IMG/VR virus record: IMGVR_UViG_3300021255_002694
Length of the DNA: 64,000 nt
Source of the DNA: a virus
Taxonomy: Duplodnaviria; Caudoviricetes
Reading direction: 5' to 3' (one strand)
Numbering within the stretch: the stretch's first letter is position 1; each line of letters opens with the position of its first letter. The translations under genes and the position numbers were made by a program. The notes below the pieces were generated by a model. That model was not told the DNA's origin, made no database searches, and saw only the letters and a program-made list of their open reading frames with translations. Shown piece by piece: positions 37,918-48,189 of this stretch.

Positions 37918-38991
37918 ATGAGGTATAAGCCATACAATGTAAAAACATACTATACTGGTGGTAATATTTGGGTATTTACAGGAAATGTTAGTAATGATAA
38001 ATGGTTTTCAACAGCAAATCCAGATTGGTTTATTGACATTTATGATGCTGATCCAGATACATATGATGAAGAGACTGATGATTTTCTAAGCTATGAGTGG
38101 CAAGAGGAACATAGAATTGACAGTCTTGAAGATGATGATTTTTGTATAGACGTTTTAAAACAAGCTATAAAAGTTGATCCTTATAATGATAGAGACTTTG
38201 AGTATTTACTAAGATATGATTTTAATGTTAATGAATCTGTTTCAAAAAACGTCATTAAAAAGAGAGGTAAATCAGATATGAAACTAAAAATTGTAGAGGG
38301 ACAACTTAACGAAGGTCCTGGTGCTGGATATACTATTCATGTTGACGGTCTGTCTAATTTTAATATAACATCTGCTAAAGTTACAGAGTATGTTGAAGAA
38401 TCCGGATGGTTTGTTGACGTTGACGGAACATGTACTATTGATAATCTTAATGCTGATTCATATTATTATGGTACTGGAATTATCCATGATGTAGATGCAA
38501 GAATAAAGAGAATTTGGGTGAATTGGTATTGGGTTGATGATTATGATGATCTTAGTACAATGAACGCTGATGAACTAGCTAGATTTATGACTGACTATGC
38601 TAAATACAGACTTGATGATACAGATTTTGAAACAGTTTATGGCGGAGGTTGGTTACATTCAACATACAACGGAACTATTGATGCTGTTGATGATGAACAC
38701 GGAGATGTTGATTTAGTTATAACAGATAAGCACGTTATTGATTATATTGATCTTGCTGTTCAAGGCGAAAATTGCAATAATGTATACTATGTGACTTCTG
38801 ATGTAGATGGAACACTTGAGGCTCTTGATGATGAAGATAAAGCAATAGAGGTTGCGAAGATGTATTTTGAAACAGGTGATTACGATACAATTACTGTTGA
38901 ACGTGATTTAGAATATTATGATATTGACGGTATGCCTATTGAAACATTTAACGATACTGAAGTAATCTGGAATTCAGATGATGAATATTAA
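37918..38991 (+). CDS. Acidic multidomain protein, putative processed internal head protein
   Basis: FNVNES and MKLKIVEGQLNEG linker; D/E-rich. Confidence 0.55.
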   Translation: MRYKPYNVKTYYTGGNIWVFTGNVSNDKWFSTANPDWFIDIYDADPDTYDEETDDFLSYEWQEEHRIDSLEDDDFCIDVLKQAIKVDPYNDRDFEYLLRYDFNVNESVSKNVIKKRGKSDMKLKIVEGQLNEGPGAGYTIHVDGLSNFNITSAKVTEYVEESGWFVDVDGTCTIDNLNADSYYYGTGIIHDVDARIKRIWVNWYWVDDYDDLSTMNADELARFMTDYAKYRLDDTDFETVYGGGWLHSTYNGTIDAVDDEHGDVDLVITDKHVIDYIDLAVQGENCNNVYYVTSDVDGTLEALDDEDKAIEVAKMYFETGDYDTITVERDLEYYDIDGMPIETFNDTEVIWNSDDEY

Positions 38992-39005
38992 GAGGACTGA
39001 TTTAG

Positions 39006-39311
39006 ATGAAGTTACAAATAAATGAATCGTATGATTATAGATTATACGGAATTCCGTATAAGGATAGAAAGAAACTTGAATCTCTTGGATATGAAATGGA
39101 CGTAACCGCTGTCGCACATGAAGCAGATATTGGAGATACAGTAGAACTATATGATATTGTAACAGATGAAAGAGCAACTTATATAAAGAGAGAAGATATA
39201 AATGGTAAGTGGATTCTTGCTTATAGATCAGGATATATTGATTATCTTGGAAAATCTAATCTGTACGTTTATGGTTCTTTTCCAAATGGAATTGTAGCAA
39301 GAATACTTTAA
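39006..39311 (+). CDS. Small protein with MKLQINES N-terminus
   Basis: GAGG RBS; shared N-terminal motif. Confidence 0.5.
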   Translation: MKLQINESYDYRLYGIPYKDRKKLESLGYEMDVTAVAHEADIGDTVELYDIVTDERATYIKREDINGKWILAYRSGYIDYLGKSNLYVYGSFPNGIVARIL

Positions 39312-39316
39312 TATAG

Positions 39317-39358
39317 AAATCACAATGTACTTGTAGTGTGCATTGTGATTTTTTTTTT
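39317..39358 (+). terminator. Rho-independent terminator
   Basis: AAATCACAATGTAC/GTGCATTGTGATTT plus long T-run. Confidence 0.8.
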
Positions 39359-39369
39359 ACTGTAAATAC

Positions 39370-39398
39370 TTGACAAATTGAGCGATTTGTGATATACT
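39370..39398 (+). promoter_or_regulatory. SigA-type promoter driving the Lar-MTase operon
   Basis: TTGACA-17-TATACT with TG. Confidence 0.8.
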
Positions 39399-39436
39399 AT
39401 ATATGGATATTTATTTTGTATATGGTGGTGAAATAT

Positions 39437-39679
39437 ATGAGACTTGTTGCAAATTGCCCGTTCTGCGGTGGATATTCAAACCTTGTTCGGAAAAGTAAAA
39501 CGATCGTTCATGGTGAAACCAAACAAACAACATATGTGGAATGTAAGGTTTGTCATTGCAGAGGTCAGAGATTTCTGCTTGATGATTTCAAAACTTCAAC
39601 TGAAGCTAGGGATGCTGCCGTTGAATCTTGGAATAGACGTTTCGGTTCAACTATTTATTTAGGTGTTGATGACGTATGA
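39437..39679 (+). CDS. Lar-family restriction alleviation Zn-finger protein
   Basis: CPFCGG...YVECKVC...AAVESWNRR. Confidence 0.75.
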   Translation: MRLVANCPFCGGYSNLVRKSKTIVHGETKQTTYVECKVCHCRGQRFLLDDFKTSTEARDAAVESWNRRFGSTIYLGVDDV

Positions 39680-40461
39680 ATTACATGGGAAGTAAGGCAT
39701 CAATCTCTAATAGCATTGTACCTATTATACAGAAGTGCATTATGTTTAGCGGATATGATCATTATATTGAACCATTTGTAGGCGGAGCAAATATAATCGA
39801 ACATGTTAAATGTAATATAAGAGTTGGTGCTGATATAAACAGATATTTAATCTCTCTGCTTAGATATTCACAACAGCATGAAATTTCAGATTTTCCAGAA
39901 GATATAACATATGAAGAATACTGTTCCGTTCGTGATGCATTTAACATAAAATCTGAAAAATATGAAGATTGGTATGTCGGATGTGTTGGTTTTCTAGCGT
40001 CTTTTAACGGAAGATTCTTCGATGGCGGATTTGCAAAACCACATTATTCTGACGGTCAACATAGAGAACCATATAAAGAACATTTAAGAAATCTCATGAA
40101 ACAAAATCTATCCGGAATTGATTTTATATGTTGTGACTATAAATCATTTAGTAATATATCTAATCATGTTGTATATTGTGATCCGCCTTATGCGAATACA
40201 AAAGATTATAACGGGAACAGGGATTTTTATTCAGATGAATTTTGGGATTTTGCAAGAAAGTTGTCAAGTAGCAATATTGTATTGATTTCAGAGCAAATTG
40301 CCCCGAAAGATTTTATGGAAATATGGTCACAAGATGTAAAGAGACAGATCAACACTTCGGATGATAAATTCACAGTTTCAGAGAAATTATATGTACATGA
40401 GAAATCATTTGATGCCGTGAATGAGTACGTAAATAAGTTTAAGATTAAGAGGTTATTTTAA
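39676..40461 (+). CDS. DNA adenine methyltransferase (Dam/D12, alpha class), MTase 1
   Basis: YMGSK, EPFVGG, YCDPPY; ends KRLF. Confidence 0.9.
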   Translation: MNYMGSKASISNSIVPIIQKCIMFSGYDHYIEPFVGGANIIEHVKCNIRVGADINRYLISLLRYSQQHEISDFPEDITYEEYCSVRDAFNIKSEKYEDWYVGCVGFLASFNGRFFDGGFAKPHYSDGQHREPYKEHLRNLMKQNLSGIDFICCDYKSFSNISNHVVYCDPPYANTKDYNGNRDFYSDEFWDFARKLSSSNIVLISEQIAPKDFMEIWSQDVKRQINTSDDKFTVSEKLYVHEKSFDAVNEYVNKFKIKRLF

Positions 40462-41765
40462 TGAATATTGTATGTGAAACTAAATCAGGTAAAATAGTAC
40501 ACGGAGATAACTTAGATGTATTAAAAGATATTGAAGATTCATCTGTAGATTCATGTATTTCTGATTTCCCATATGCGATTGAATTTATGGGTAAGAATTG
40601 GGATTCTATGAAGTCGTGGCATGACGGAGATGGAAGTCACAGCGAATTCAAAGGAACAGGTTATTCCGGTAAACGCAGACCTAATTTTTATCTAAACAAC
40701 CGTAAGGATATGGAGAATTTCTATGATTGGTGCAAGTTAAGATCAGATGAACTTATGAGAGTTATGAAATCCGGAGCATATGTTGCTATATTTGGTTCAG
40801 TTAAAACTAACCATAGAATGAAGTGTGCATTTGAAGATTCTGGATTTATTATTGTTGAAGAGACAGATTGGATTTACTTATCTGGTATGCCGAAATCACA
40901 AGATATTGGTAAAATGTTTGATGTTTCTGGAAATCCCGATCTTGCAAAAGTATATAAAGATTGGAAAACAGCCGGACTAAAACCAGCACATGAAACAATA
41001 ACAATATTCCAAAAACCTCTTGATGGTACGTATATCCAAAATATTGAAAAATATGGTGTTGGAGCAATGAATATAGGTGCTTGCAGAGTACCGATATCTA
41101 AAGAAGATATTGATATGTTAAATGCAAAAGCATCTAAGAATCCCACAACAAATTATTCTGATAAAGATGATAAAATTTATGGTAAGTATGCTCTTGATAT
41201 GGCAGTTCCGGCAAATCCAGATGGTAGATTTCCACCTAATATCGTAATTGATGAAGAAATTTCAAAAGCCATTGATGCACAGACTGGAATTTCTAAATCT
41301 AGCGGAGGAAGTGGTGTGCTTAGTAGAGTTCATAGATGTAGAAATACATATGGTGCTTTTGATGAGGATACAAATTCTAATTATGTTAATGATTCTCTCG
41401 GCGGATATGGAGATGTTGGTGGTGGATCAAGACTATTTCCAATTTTCCAATACTGCCCGAAAGTAAGTCCATCAGAAAGACTGTTGAAAAATGGAGAAAG
41501 AAATCCGCACGTAACACTAAAACCAGTAGATTTGATTAAATGGCTAATAAAACTTATAACTCCTATAAATGGATTTACTATTGATATAACAGCCGGAAGT
41601 TGTACTCATGCCGTTGCCTGTGAAACACTAAATATTGAAAATGGATATGATCTAAAATATTTAGATATTGAACTTTGTAATGATGAAGAAAATCCATATT
41701 GTGATGTAGGTAAACAAAGAGTTGAAGATGTTGTTAATACTATAAGGAATAAGAAACTGTTTTGA
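40461..41765 (+). CDS. DNA N4/N6 methyltransferase (beta class), MTase 2
   Basis: SDFPY, LKPAHE, GRFPPN, HVTLKP, DITAGS; ends KKLF. Confidence 0.85.
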   Translation: MNIVCETKSGKIVHGDNLDVLKDIEDSSVDSCISDFPYAIEFMGKNWDSMKSWHDGDGSHSEFKGTGYSGKRRPNFYLNNRKDMENFYDWCKLRSDELMRVMKSGAYVAIFGSVKTNHRMKCAFEDSGFIIVEETDWIYLSGMPKSQDIGKMFDVSGNPDLAKVYKDWKTAGLKPAHETITIFQKPLDGTYIQNIEKYGVGAMNIGACRVPISKEDIDMLNAKASKNPTTNYSDKDDKIYGKYALDMAVPANPDGRFPPNIVIDEEISKAIDAQTGISKSSGGSGVLSRVHRCRNTYGAFDEDTNSNYVNDSLGGYGDVGGGSRLFPIFQYCPKVSPSERLLKNGERNPHVTLKPVDLIKWLIKLITPINGFTIDITAGSCTHAVACETLNIENGYDLKYLDIELCNDEENPYCDVGKQRVEDVVNTIRNKKLF

Positions 41766-41776
41766 GGTGAAGTATC

Positions 41777-42649
41777 TTGCTAGAACTCAATAAAATATAT
41801 TGCACAGATTGTGTAAGCGGTATGCGAAAACTTGATAATTGTTGTATTGACCTTATAGTAACATCTCCACCATATGACTCTTTAAGAACATACAATGGGT
41901 TTAATTTTGATGAATCCTATCAAATTCAAGTAATAAACCAAATATTCAGGGTATTAAAAGATGGCGGTGTTGCTGTTTGGGTTGTTGGTGATGGAACTGT
42001 TGATGGTAGCGAAACTGGAACATCGTTCAAGCAAGCGTTAAAATTTATGGACATTGGGTTTAAGTTACATGACACAATGATATATCAAAAACATAATCCA
42101 ACACCGAATACAGGAAACGGTATTAGGTATCAGCAGAGTTTTGAGTACATGTTTGTATTCTCAAAAGGAAAGCCGAAAACAGTTCACTTATTACAGGAGC
42201 CAAGGCGAAATGAATGCGGAGATAGAAGAACCGTTAGAATGATTCGTAGGCAGAGGAATGTTGACGGTGAATTTGAGGAAGAACGTAAGTATGAGATAAA
42301 ACAAGTTGTTCCAAGATCAAATATATGGAATTACAAGGTTGGACTATATAACACAACATGTGATAAAGTTGCATTTAAGCATCCGGCAATATTTCCAGAG
42401 CAACTTGCCATTGATCATATACTATCGTGGTCAGATGAAAATGATATTATTCTTGATCCATTCATGGGTAGTGGGACAGTAGCAAAAGCATGTATGGTAA
42501 CGAATAGAAACTACATTGGATTTGAAGTAAGTTCAGAATATTGTGATATAGCATCCGATAGATTAAAAAATTTTAGTGCAGAATCATATGGTATACATAT
42601 TGATGATAAATCAAACAATAGGTTTGATGGAATGACAAAGCTGTTCTGA
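41777..42649 (+). CDS. DNA N4/N6 methyltransferase (beta class), MTase 3
   Basis: TSPPY, HPAIFP, DPFMGSGT; ends TKLF. Confidence 0.92.
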   Translation: MLELNKIYCTDCVSGMRKLDNCCIDLIVTSPPYDSLRTYNGFNFDESYQIQVINQIFRVLKDGGVAVWVVGDGTVDGSETGTSFKQALKFMDIGFKLHDTMIYQKHNPTPNTGNGIRYQQSFEYMFVFSKGKPKTVHLLQEPRRNECGDRRTVRMIRRQRNVDGEFEEERKYEIKQVVPRSNIWNYKVGLYNTTCDKVAFKHPAIFPEQLAIDHILSWSDENDIILDPFMGSGTVAKACMVTNRNYIGFEVSSEYCDIASDRLKNFSAESYGIHIDDKSNNRFDGMTKLF

Positions 42650-42695
42650 TATGTAATACTTTTGTGGAAAATATGTGAAAAAAGAGGTTGTTCTA

Positions 42696-43442
42696 ATGAA
42701 TATATTGATTGCGTGTGAAGAGTCGCAGAAAGTATGTTCTGAATTCAGAAAACTAGGACATGTAGCATATTCGTGTGATATTCAAGAACCATCGGGAGGA
42801 CATCCAGAGTGGCATATATTGGGAGATGCATTAGAAATTTTGAACACAACAACCGATGGAGTTGTATTTAATACAATGGACGGGAAATCACACCATATTC
42901 CGAAATGGGATTTGTTGATTGCGCATCCACCGTGTACATATCTCTCGAACGCAGGAGCTTGTCGGCTTTATCCACACAAAGGAGAGTTGAATCTGGAGCG
43001 GTATGAAAAGGGACTTAATGCAAAGGAATTCTTTATGAAATTCTACAATGCAGACATTGAACACATTGCGGTTGAGAATCCTATCCCATCAAAAGTGTTT
43101 GAACTGCCAAACTGTACGCAAATTATTCAGCCTTATGAGTACGGTCATCCGTATACAAAGAAAACGTGCTTATGGTTGAAGGGACTTCCGAAACTTAAAC
43201 CGACAGATATTGTGGAGCCAATAGGTCCGTGGGTATGCGGCAATGTACAGATTTGGAAAAAGCAAGCTGCAAAAGGTACAGTAATTGGCAAGGAAAAGGA
43301 TGCAAAACATAGATCAAAGACATTTGATGGGATTGCCAAAGCAATGGCTACTCAATGGTCGAATTTTTGTGAATTATCAAAAGATCAGCAGAAGCAAATT
43401 TTATGTAAAATATATAATAACAATTATAAAAGATTGTTCTGA
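42696..43442 (+). CDS. Phage-type DNA cytosine-C5 methyltransferase, MTase 4
   Basis: LIACEES, AHPPCTYLS (catalytic PC), VENP, RSKTF.GIA.AMA.QW; ends KRLF. Confidence 0.8.
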   Translation: MNILIACEESQKVCSEFRKLGHVAYSCDIQEPSGGHPEWHILGDALEILNTTTDGVVFNTMDGKSHHIPKWDLLIAHPPCTYLSNAGACRLYPHKGELNLERYEKGLNAKEFFMKFYNADIEHIAVENPIPSKVFELPNCTQIIQPYEYGHPYTKKTCLWLKGLPKLKPTDIVEPIGPWVCGNVQIWKKQAAKGTVIGKEKDAKHRSKTFDGIAKAMATQWSNFCELSKDQQKQILCKIYNNNYKRLF

Positions 43443-43452
43443 GGTGTAAAGA

Positions 43453-44211
43453 ATGTCAAATCTATACAATATTGATTGCGTTGATTTCATGTCTGATGCA
43501 TTAGATAGGCATGTGAAATATGATTACTGTATTACATCTCCACCATATAATATGAATTTAAGGGTTCGTGATGGTAAGTATATTTCAAGATCACCTATGC
43601 AAACAAACTATAATGAGTTTTCAAAGAAGTATAATAATTATGGTGATGATTTGACAATGGAAGAATACTTCAACTTCTTGGATTTGGTTATAGAGAAATT
43701 GTTAAAACTGTGTAAAATAACATTTTTCAATATACAGATGATAACAGGTAATAAGATTGCACTTATGCAAATACTCGGAAAATATGCAGATAATATAAAA
43801 GATATTATTATATGGGATAAATGCACCGCGCAACCAGCAATGCATGAAAATATACTGAATAGTCAGTTTGAGTTTATTATCGTATTTGATTCAGAGAAAC
43901 CTTATAACAGAGCATTTGATTACTCAAATTTTGATCGCGGTACAGAAACAAATGTGTGGAGAATACAAAGACAGACGAATAAATATAACAAAGCATCTTT
44001 TCCGGAAGAACTTGTTTTAAGGATAATTAAAGATTTTACCAAAGATGGCGAAACTGTATTTGATCCATTTATGGGTTCAGGAACAACCGGAATTGTTTGT
44101 TCAAAGATGAATAGAAATTTTGTCGGATGCGAACTTGATACAAATATGTTTGAAATTGCAAAGAATAGAATAGAGAATCAAGAAAAAATTAGTAAGTCGA
44201 GGTTATTCTAA
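43453..44211 (+). CDS. DNA N4/N6 methyltransferase (beta class), MTase 5
   Basis: TSPPYN, ASFP, DPFMGSGT; ends SRLF. Confidence 0.92.
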   Translation: MSNLYNIDCVDFMSDALDRHVKYDYCITSPPYNMNLRVRDGKYISRSPMQTNYNEFSKKYNNYGDDLTMEEYFNFLDLVIEKLLKLCKITFFNIQMITGNKIALMQILGKYADNIKDIIIWDKCTAQPAMHENILNSQFEFIIVFDSEKPYNRAFDYSNFDRGTETNVWRIQRQTNKYNKASFPEELVLRIIKDFTKDGETVFDPFMGSGTTGIVCSKMNRNFVGCELDTNMFEIAKNRIENQEKISKSRLF

Positions 44212-44212
44212 A

Positions 44213-45028
44213 ATGAGTGTTCAGCTATACAATGATGATTGTATAAACGTACTTAGAAACATGGATGGCTGTACAGTAGACTTGACAGTTACATCACCAC
44301 CGTATGATAATTTAAGAGAATATAACGGAAACATAAGTAACTGGAATTTTGATAAGTTTAAGTTGGTTGCCAATGAACTTTATAGAGTTACGCGAAATGG
44401 CGGAGTTGTTGTCTGGATAATCTCTGATGCAACTATAGATGGAACAGAAACAGGAACTTCATTTAATCATGCTCTGTATTTTAAGAGTATTGGTTTTAAT
44501 CTACATGATACAATGATCTGGCACAAACCAAATCCAATGCCGAGAGATACAAGAATACCTAGATACTGGCAGTCGTTTGAGTACATGTTTATATTGTCAA
44601 AAGGCAAACCTGATCATTTTACATTTCTAATGGAAGATTCAAAACATGCCGGAAAATCATCTGTATTTCATCAAAGAAATCCAGACGGTAGCATGAGAGA
44701 TGATAGGAAAATAGTTACATCTAATAATGTGTGCAAGGAAAAGAAGCCACTTGGAAATGTTTGGTCTATAAACACAATAGCGTCAAATAGCGAGAAAACA
44801 GGGCATCCTGCACAATTTCCGGTACAACTAGCGCAAGATCATGTTGTATCTTGGTCTTATGAAAATGATGTTGTTTTGGATTGTTTTATGGGTTCTGGAA
44901 CAACAGGTGTTGCTTGTGTAAAAACAAAAAGAAATTTCATTGGAATTGAACTAGATGAATCATATTTTAATATAGCAAAGGATAGAATATGTCAAGAGGA
45001 AAAACAGCTAAAGTCAAAATTATTTTGA
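44213..45028 (+). CDS. DNA N4/N6 methyltransferase (beta class), MTase 6
   Basis: TSPPY, HPAQFP, DCFMGSGT; ends SKLF. Confidence 0.92.
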   Translation: MSVQLYNDDCINVLRNMDGCTVDLTVTSPPYDNLREYNGNISNWNFDKFKLVANELYRVTRNGGVVVWIISDATIDGTETGTSFNHALYFKSIGFNLHDTMIWHKPNPMPRDTRIPRYWQSFEYMFILSKGKPDHFTFLMEDSKHAGKSSVFHQRNPDGSMRDDRKIVTSNNVCKEKKPLGNVWSINTIASNSEKTGHPAQFPVQLAQDHVVSWSYENDVVLDCFMGSGTTGVACVKTKRNFIGIELDESYFNIAKDRICQEEKQLKSKLF

Positions 45029-45042
45029 GGTGAATTATATAA

Positions 45043-46644
45043 ATGTTTAAAATTATAAATGGAAATATGCTAGAAGAATTAGATAAAATGGAAGAAAATA
45101 GCGTTGGTAGTATTGTAACTGATCCACCATATGAAATCAATTTTATGAATAATGGTTGGGATAATGCCGGAGTTGCATTTTCTGCTGAGACATGGAAGAA
45201 GTGTCTAAGAGTTCTAAAGCCTGGTGGTTATCTTTTATCATTTGCCGCAGCAAGAACTCAGCATAGAATCGCATGTGCTATTGAAGATGCTGGATTTGAG
45301 ATAAGAGATACTATTATGTGGCTTTATGGTAGTGGGTTTCCTAAATCAATGGATATATCTAAACAGCTAGATAAGCGTGGAGCAAATAATACAAGCACAA
45401 TATGCGATATTATTCATAACAGACGAGTTGAATTAGGTTTAACTCTAAAAGACATTGACGAGTATGTTGGAACAAATGGTATGGCATTGCATTGGGAAAA
45501 CGGTAGAAGGGGTATAACTCCTGAAAATTTTAATAAGCTAATCAAATTATTGAAAATAGATGCTGATGAAGCATTTAGTGCTTGCAGAGATATAGTAGGA
45601 CAAGTAGAAAAAACTGAGAGTTACCGATACAAAAACAACAATGTGTATCAAACAAACGGTAATGAGGACAAGGTGTTGTTAGATATAACAGTGCCAAAGA
45701 CAGACTTAGCAAAACATTGGGAAGGATATGGAACATCTTTAAAGCCTGCGTATGAACCTATTATAGTAGCAAGAAAACCTCTGTGCGGTACAGTTGCAGA
45801 TAATGTTATGACATACGGTGTTGGTGGAATTAACATTGATGAATGTCGTATCCCGTTTGAAACAACTCCGAATCCGGCAACTAATCCTCTATATCGTTTG
45901 CAGAATGGATACAAGACAACAGCAAATGCGAACACAGGAGATGGTGTTGTGTCTTTTGGAACAAGCCATAATGAAACAAACCCATCTGGAAGATTTCCTG
46001 CAAATGTAATTCTTACCTATGATGATTCTGATTTTGATGAGGTTTGCGGTGGTTTTCCAGACACAAAAAGCGGAAAGGCTGTTCGTCATAATTCTGGTGG
46101 ATGTACTTTCGGCGGAGATAAGAAGAAACCGCCAATGGAAGATTTAGGCTACGATGACGGTGGAGGATCTGCCGCAAGATATTTTTATTGTGCAAAGGCA
46201 TCTAAGCGTGATCGTGATGAGGGGTTAGATGATCTACCTACAAAGCAAGCTGTAGGTGGTGGCGGTGGAATTGGTGATTATGTAGATGATGTAAACAGTT
46301 GTTCTGGAAAATTTGGAAGTGAAAAAGCACCACATAAAAACTTTCATCCAACCGTAAAACCAACGTCTCTTGTTCAGTATTTAGTGCGTCTTGTAACTCC
46401 AAAAGGTGAAACTGTGCTTGATCCTTTTATGGGTAGCGGATCAACTGGAAAAGCTGTTGCGTATGAGAACAATGATCGTAATGCAGATTATAGCTTTATC
46501 GGAATAGAATTGAATCCTGAATACTGTGATATTGCACAAAGACGAATTGAGTTTGCTGAAAAAGATAAGACACATCTAACAGAACCTAAACAAAAGAAAT
46601 CTAAACCTGATGAAACAGTAAAGAAACAGAGCAAGTTATTTTGA
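45043..46644 (+). CDS. DNA N4/N6 methyltransferase (beta class) with inserted XRE-type HTH, MTase 7
   Basis: TDPPY, LKPAYEP, GRFPAN, HPTVKP, DPFMGSGS; ends SKLF. Confidence 0.92.
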   Translation: MFKIINGNMLEELDKMEENSVGSIVTDPPYEINFMNNGWDNAGVAFSAETWKKCLRVLKPGGYLLSFAAARTQHRIACAIEDAGFEIRDTIMWLYGSGFPKSMDISKQLDKRGANNTSTICDIIHNRRVELGLTLKDIDEYVGTNGMALHWENGRRGITPENFNKLIKLLKIDADEAFSACRDIVGQVEKTESYRYKNNNVYQTNGNEDKVLLDITVPKTDLAKHWEGYGTSLKPAYEPIIVARKPLCGTVADNVMTYGVGGINIDECRIPFETTPNPATNPLYRLQNGYKTTANANTGDGVVSFGTSHNETNPSGRFPANVILTYDDSDFDEVCGGFPDTKSGKAVRHNSGGCTFGGDKKKPPMEDLGYDDGGGSAARYFYCAKASKRDRDEGLDDLPTKQAVGGGGGIGDYVDDVNSCSGKFGSEKAPHKNFHPTVKPTSLVQYLVRLVTPKGETVLDPFMGSGSTGKAVAYENNDRNADYSFIGIELNPEYCDIAQRRIEFAEKDKTHLTEPKQKKSKPDETVKKQSKLF

Positions 46645-46655
46645 GGTGATCTGAA

Positions 46656-47549
46656 ATGGACTACATAAGAAGTCCCATGAACTATACCGGAGGTAAGTAT
46701 AAACTGTTAAATACAATTATTCCAGCTTTTCCAGAAAAGATTGATAATTTTGTTGATCTTTTCTGCGGCGGATTAAACGTAGGGATAAATGTAAATGCTA
46801 ATACAATATATGCAAATGATCAAATAAATTATATAATTGATCTATATAAGTATTTTAAACAAACAGATACTAAAGAACTTATTGATCTGATATGTAATAG
46901 AATAAAACAGTTTAACTTGTCACCGGATAATAAAGATGCATATTTGCAGTTAAGAGATCACTACAATAAAGATAAAGATATACTTGATCTTTTTATCTTA
47001 ACATGTTTCTCATATAATCATCAAATAAGGTTTAACAGTAAGCATGAGTTTAATACTTCATTTGGAATGAGAAGCTATAATGACCAGATTGAACAAAATC
47101 TGATTGAATTCTGCAATGCGCTGAGATCGAAAAATTTTGTATTTTCAACAAATGATTTTAGAGACTTTGATTTTTCAGTTTTGCATTCAGGCGATCTTGT
47201 TTACTGTGATCCGCCGTATTCAATATCAACAGCCGCATATAATGATGGTAAACGTGGGTTTAACGGATGGTCTGAAAAAGATGACATTGATTTGTTTGAT
47301 ATTCTTGATTCACTATCTGCAAAAGGAATATTGTTTGCATTATCAGATGTAACAAAGCATAAAGGAATGACAAACGAATCTCTTGTGAAATGGGCGGAAA
47401 AATATAATACGGTTTATATTTATACAGACTACTCAGGAGCAAGTTGTAATCTGAAAGATAGATATTGTGATACACAAGAAGTTCTAATTACAAACTATGC
47501 TGTTTCTGTTTTTAATGATGATACTGTTAGATCAAAGAAATTGTTTTGA
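46656..47549 (+). CDS. dam: DNA adenine methyltransferase (Dam/D12, alpha class), MTase 8
   Basis: SPMNYTGGK, DLFCGG, IRFN...FN, YCDPPY, EVLITNY; ends KKLF. Confidence 0.9.
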   Translation: MDYIRSPMNYTGGKYKLLNTIIPAFPEKIDNFVDLFCGGLNVGINVNANTIYANDQINYIIDLYKYFKQTDTKELIDLICNRIKQFNLSPDNKDAYLQLRDHYNKDKDILDLFILTCFSYNHQIRFNSKHEFNTSFGMRSYNDQIEQNLIEFCNALRSKNFVFSTNDFRDFDFSVLHSGDLVYCDPPYSISTAAYNDGKRGFNGWSEKDDIDLFDILDSLSAKGILFALSDVTKHKGMTNESLVKWAEKYNTVYIYTDYSGASCNLKDRYCDTQEVLITNYAVSVFNDDTVRSKKLF

Positions 47550-47561
47550 GGTGGTAAACAA

Positions 47562-48179
47562 ATGTTGTTTGAATTAAACAATTTATATAATATAGATTGC
47601 ATGGTTGCCTTAAAAGATTTTCCAGATAACTATTTTGATATTGCTATTGTTGATCCGCCTTATGGACTTCCAGAAGAATCTACACATCACAGAGGATTCT
47701 TAAAAGATCGGATATTAAACGCAGATGATATACATGAGTGGGATGTTGCTCCAACAAAAGAATATTTTGATGAATTATTTAGAGTTAGTAAGAATCAGAT
47801 AATTTGGGGCGGTCAGCATTTTGATCTTCCGCCTACAAGATGTGTTGTATGTTGGGATAAATGTCAGCCTTGGGAAAACTTCTCTCAGGTTGAAATTGCA
47901 TGGACTTCATACAATAAACCTGAGAAGTTGTTTCGATTTGATAACAGAACAACGAAGAAAGTTCATCCGACACAGAAGCCTGTTGAATTATATGCATATC
48001 TTCTAAACACATTTGCGAAAAAAGGAATGAAGATACTTGATACACATGTTGGAAGTGGATCAAGTATCATTGCATGTAAGCAATTTGGGTGTGATTTTAT
48101 TGGATTTGAGATCAATAAAAAATACTTCAATATAGCTATGGATAGAATATCTAAATCTATAGAGAAGAAATTGTTTTGA
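47562..48179 (+). CDS. DNA N6-adenine methyltransferase (beta class), MTase 9
   Basis: VDPPY, HPTQKP, DTHVGSGS; ends KKLF. Confidence 0.92.
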   Translation: MLFELNNLYNIDCMVALKDFPDNYFDIAIVDPPYGLPEESTHHRGFLKDRILNADDIHEWDVAPTKEYFDELFRVSKNQIIWGGQHFDLPPTRCVVCWDKCQPWENFSQVEIAWTSYNKPEKLFRFDNRTTKKVHPTQKPVELYAYLLNTFAKKGMKILDTHVGSGSSIIACKQFGCDFIGFEINKKYFNIAMDRISKSIEKKLF

Positions 48180-48189
48180 GGTGTACGGA

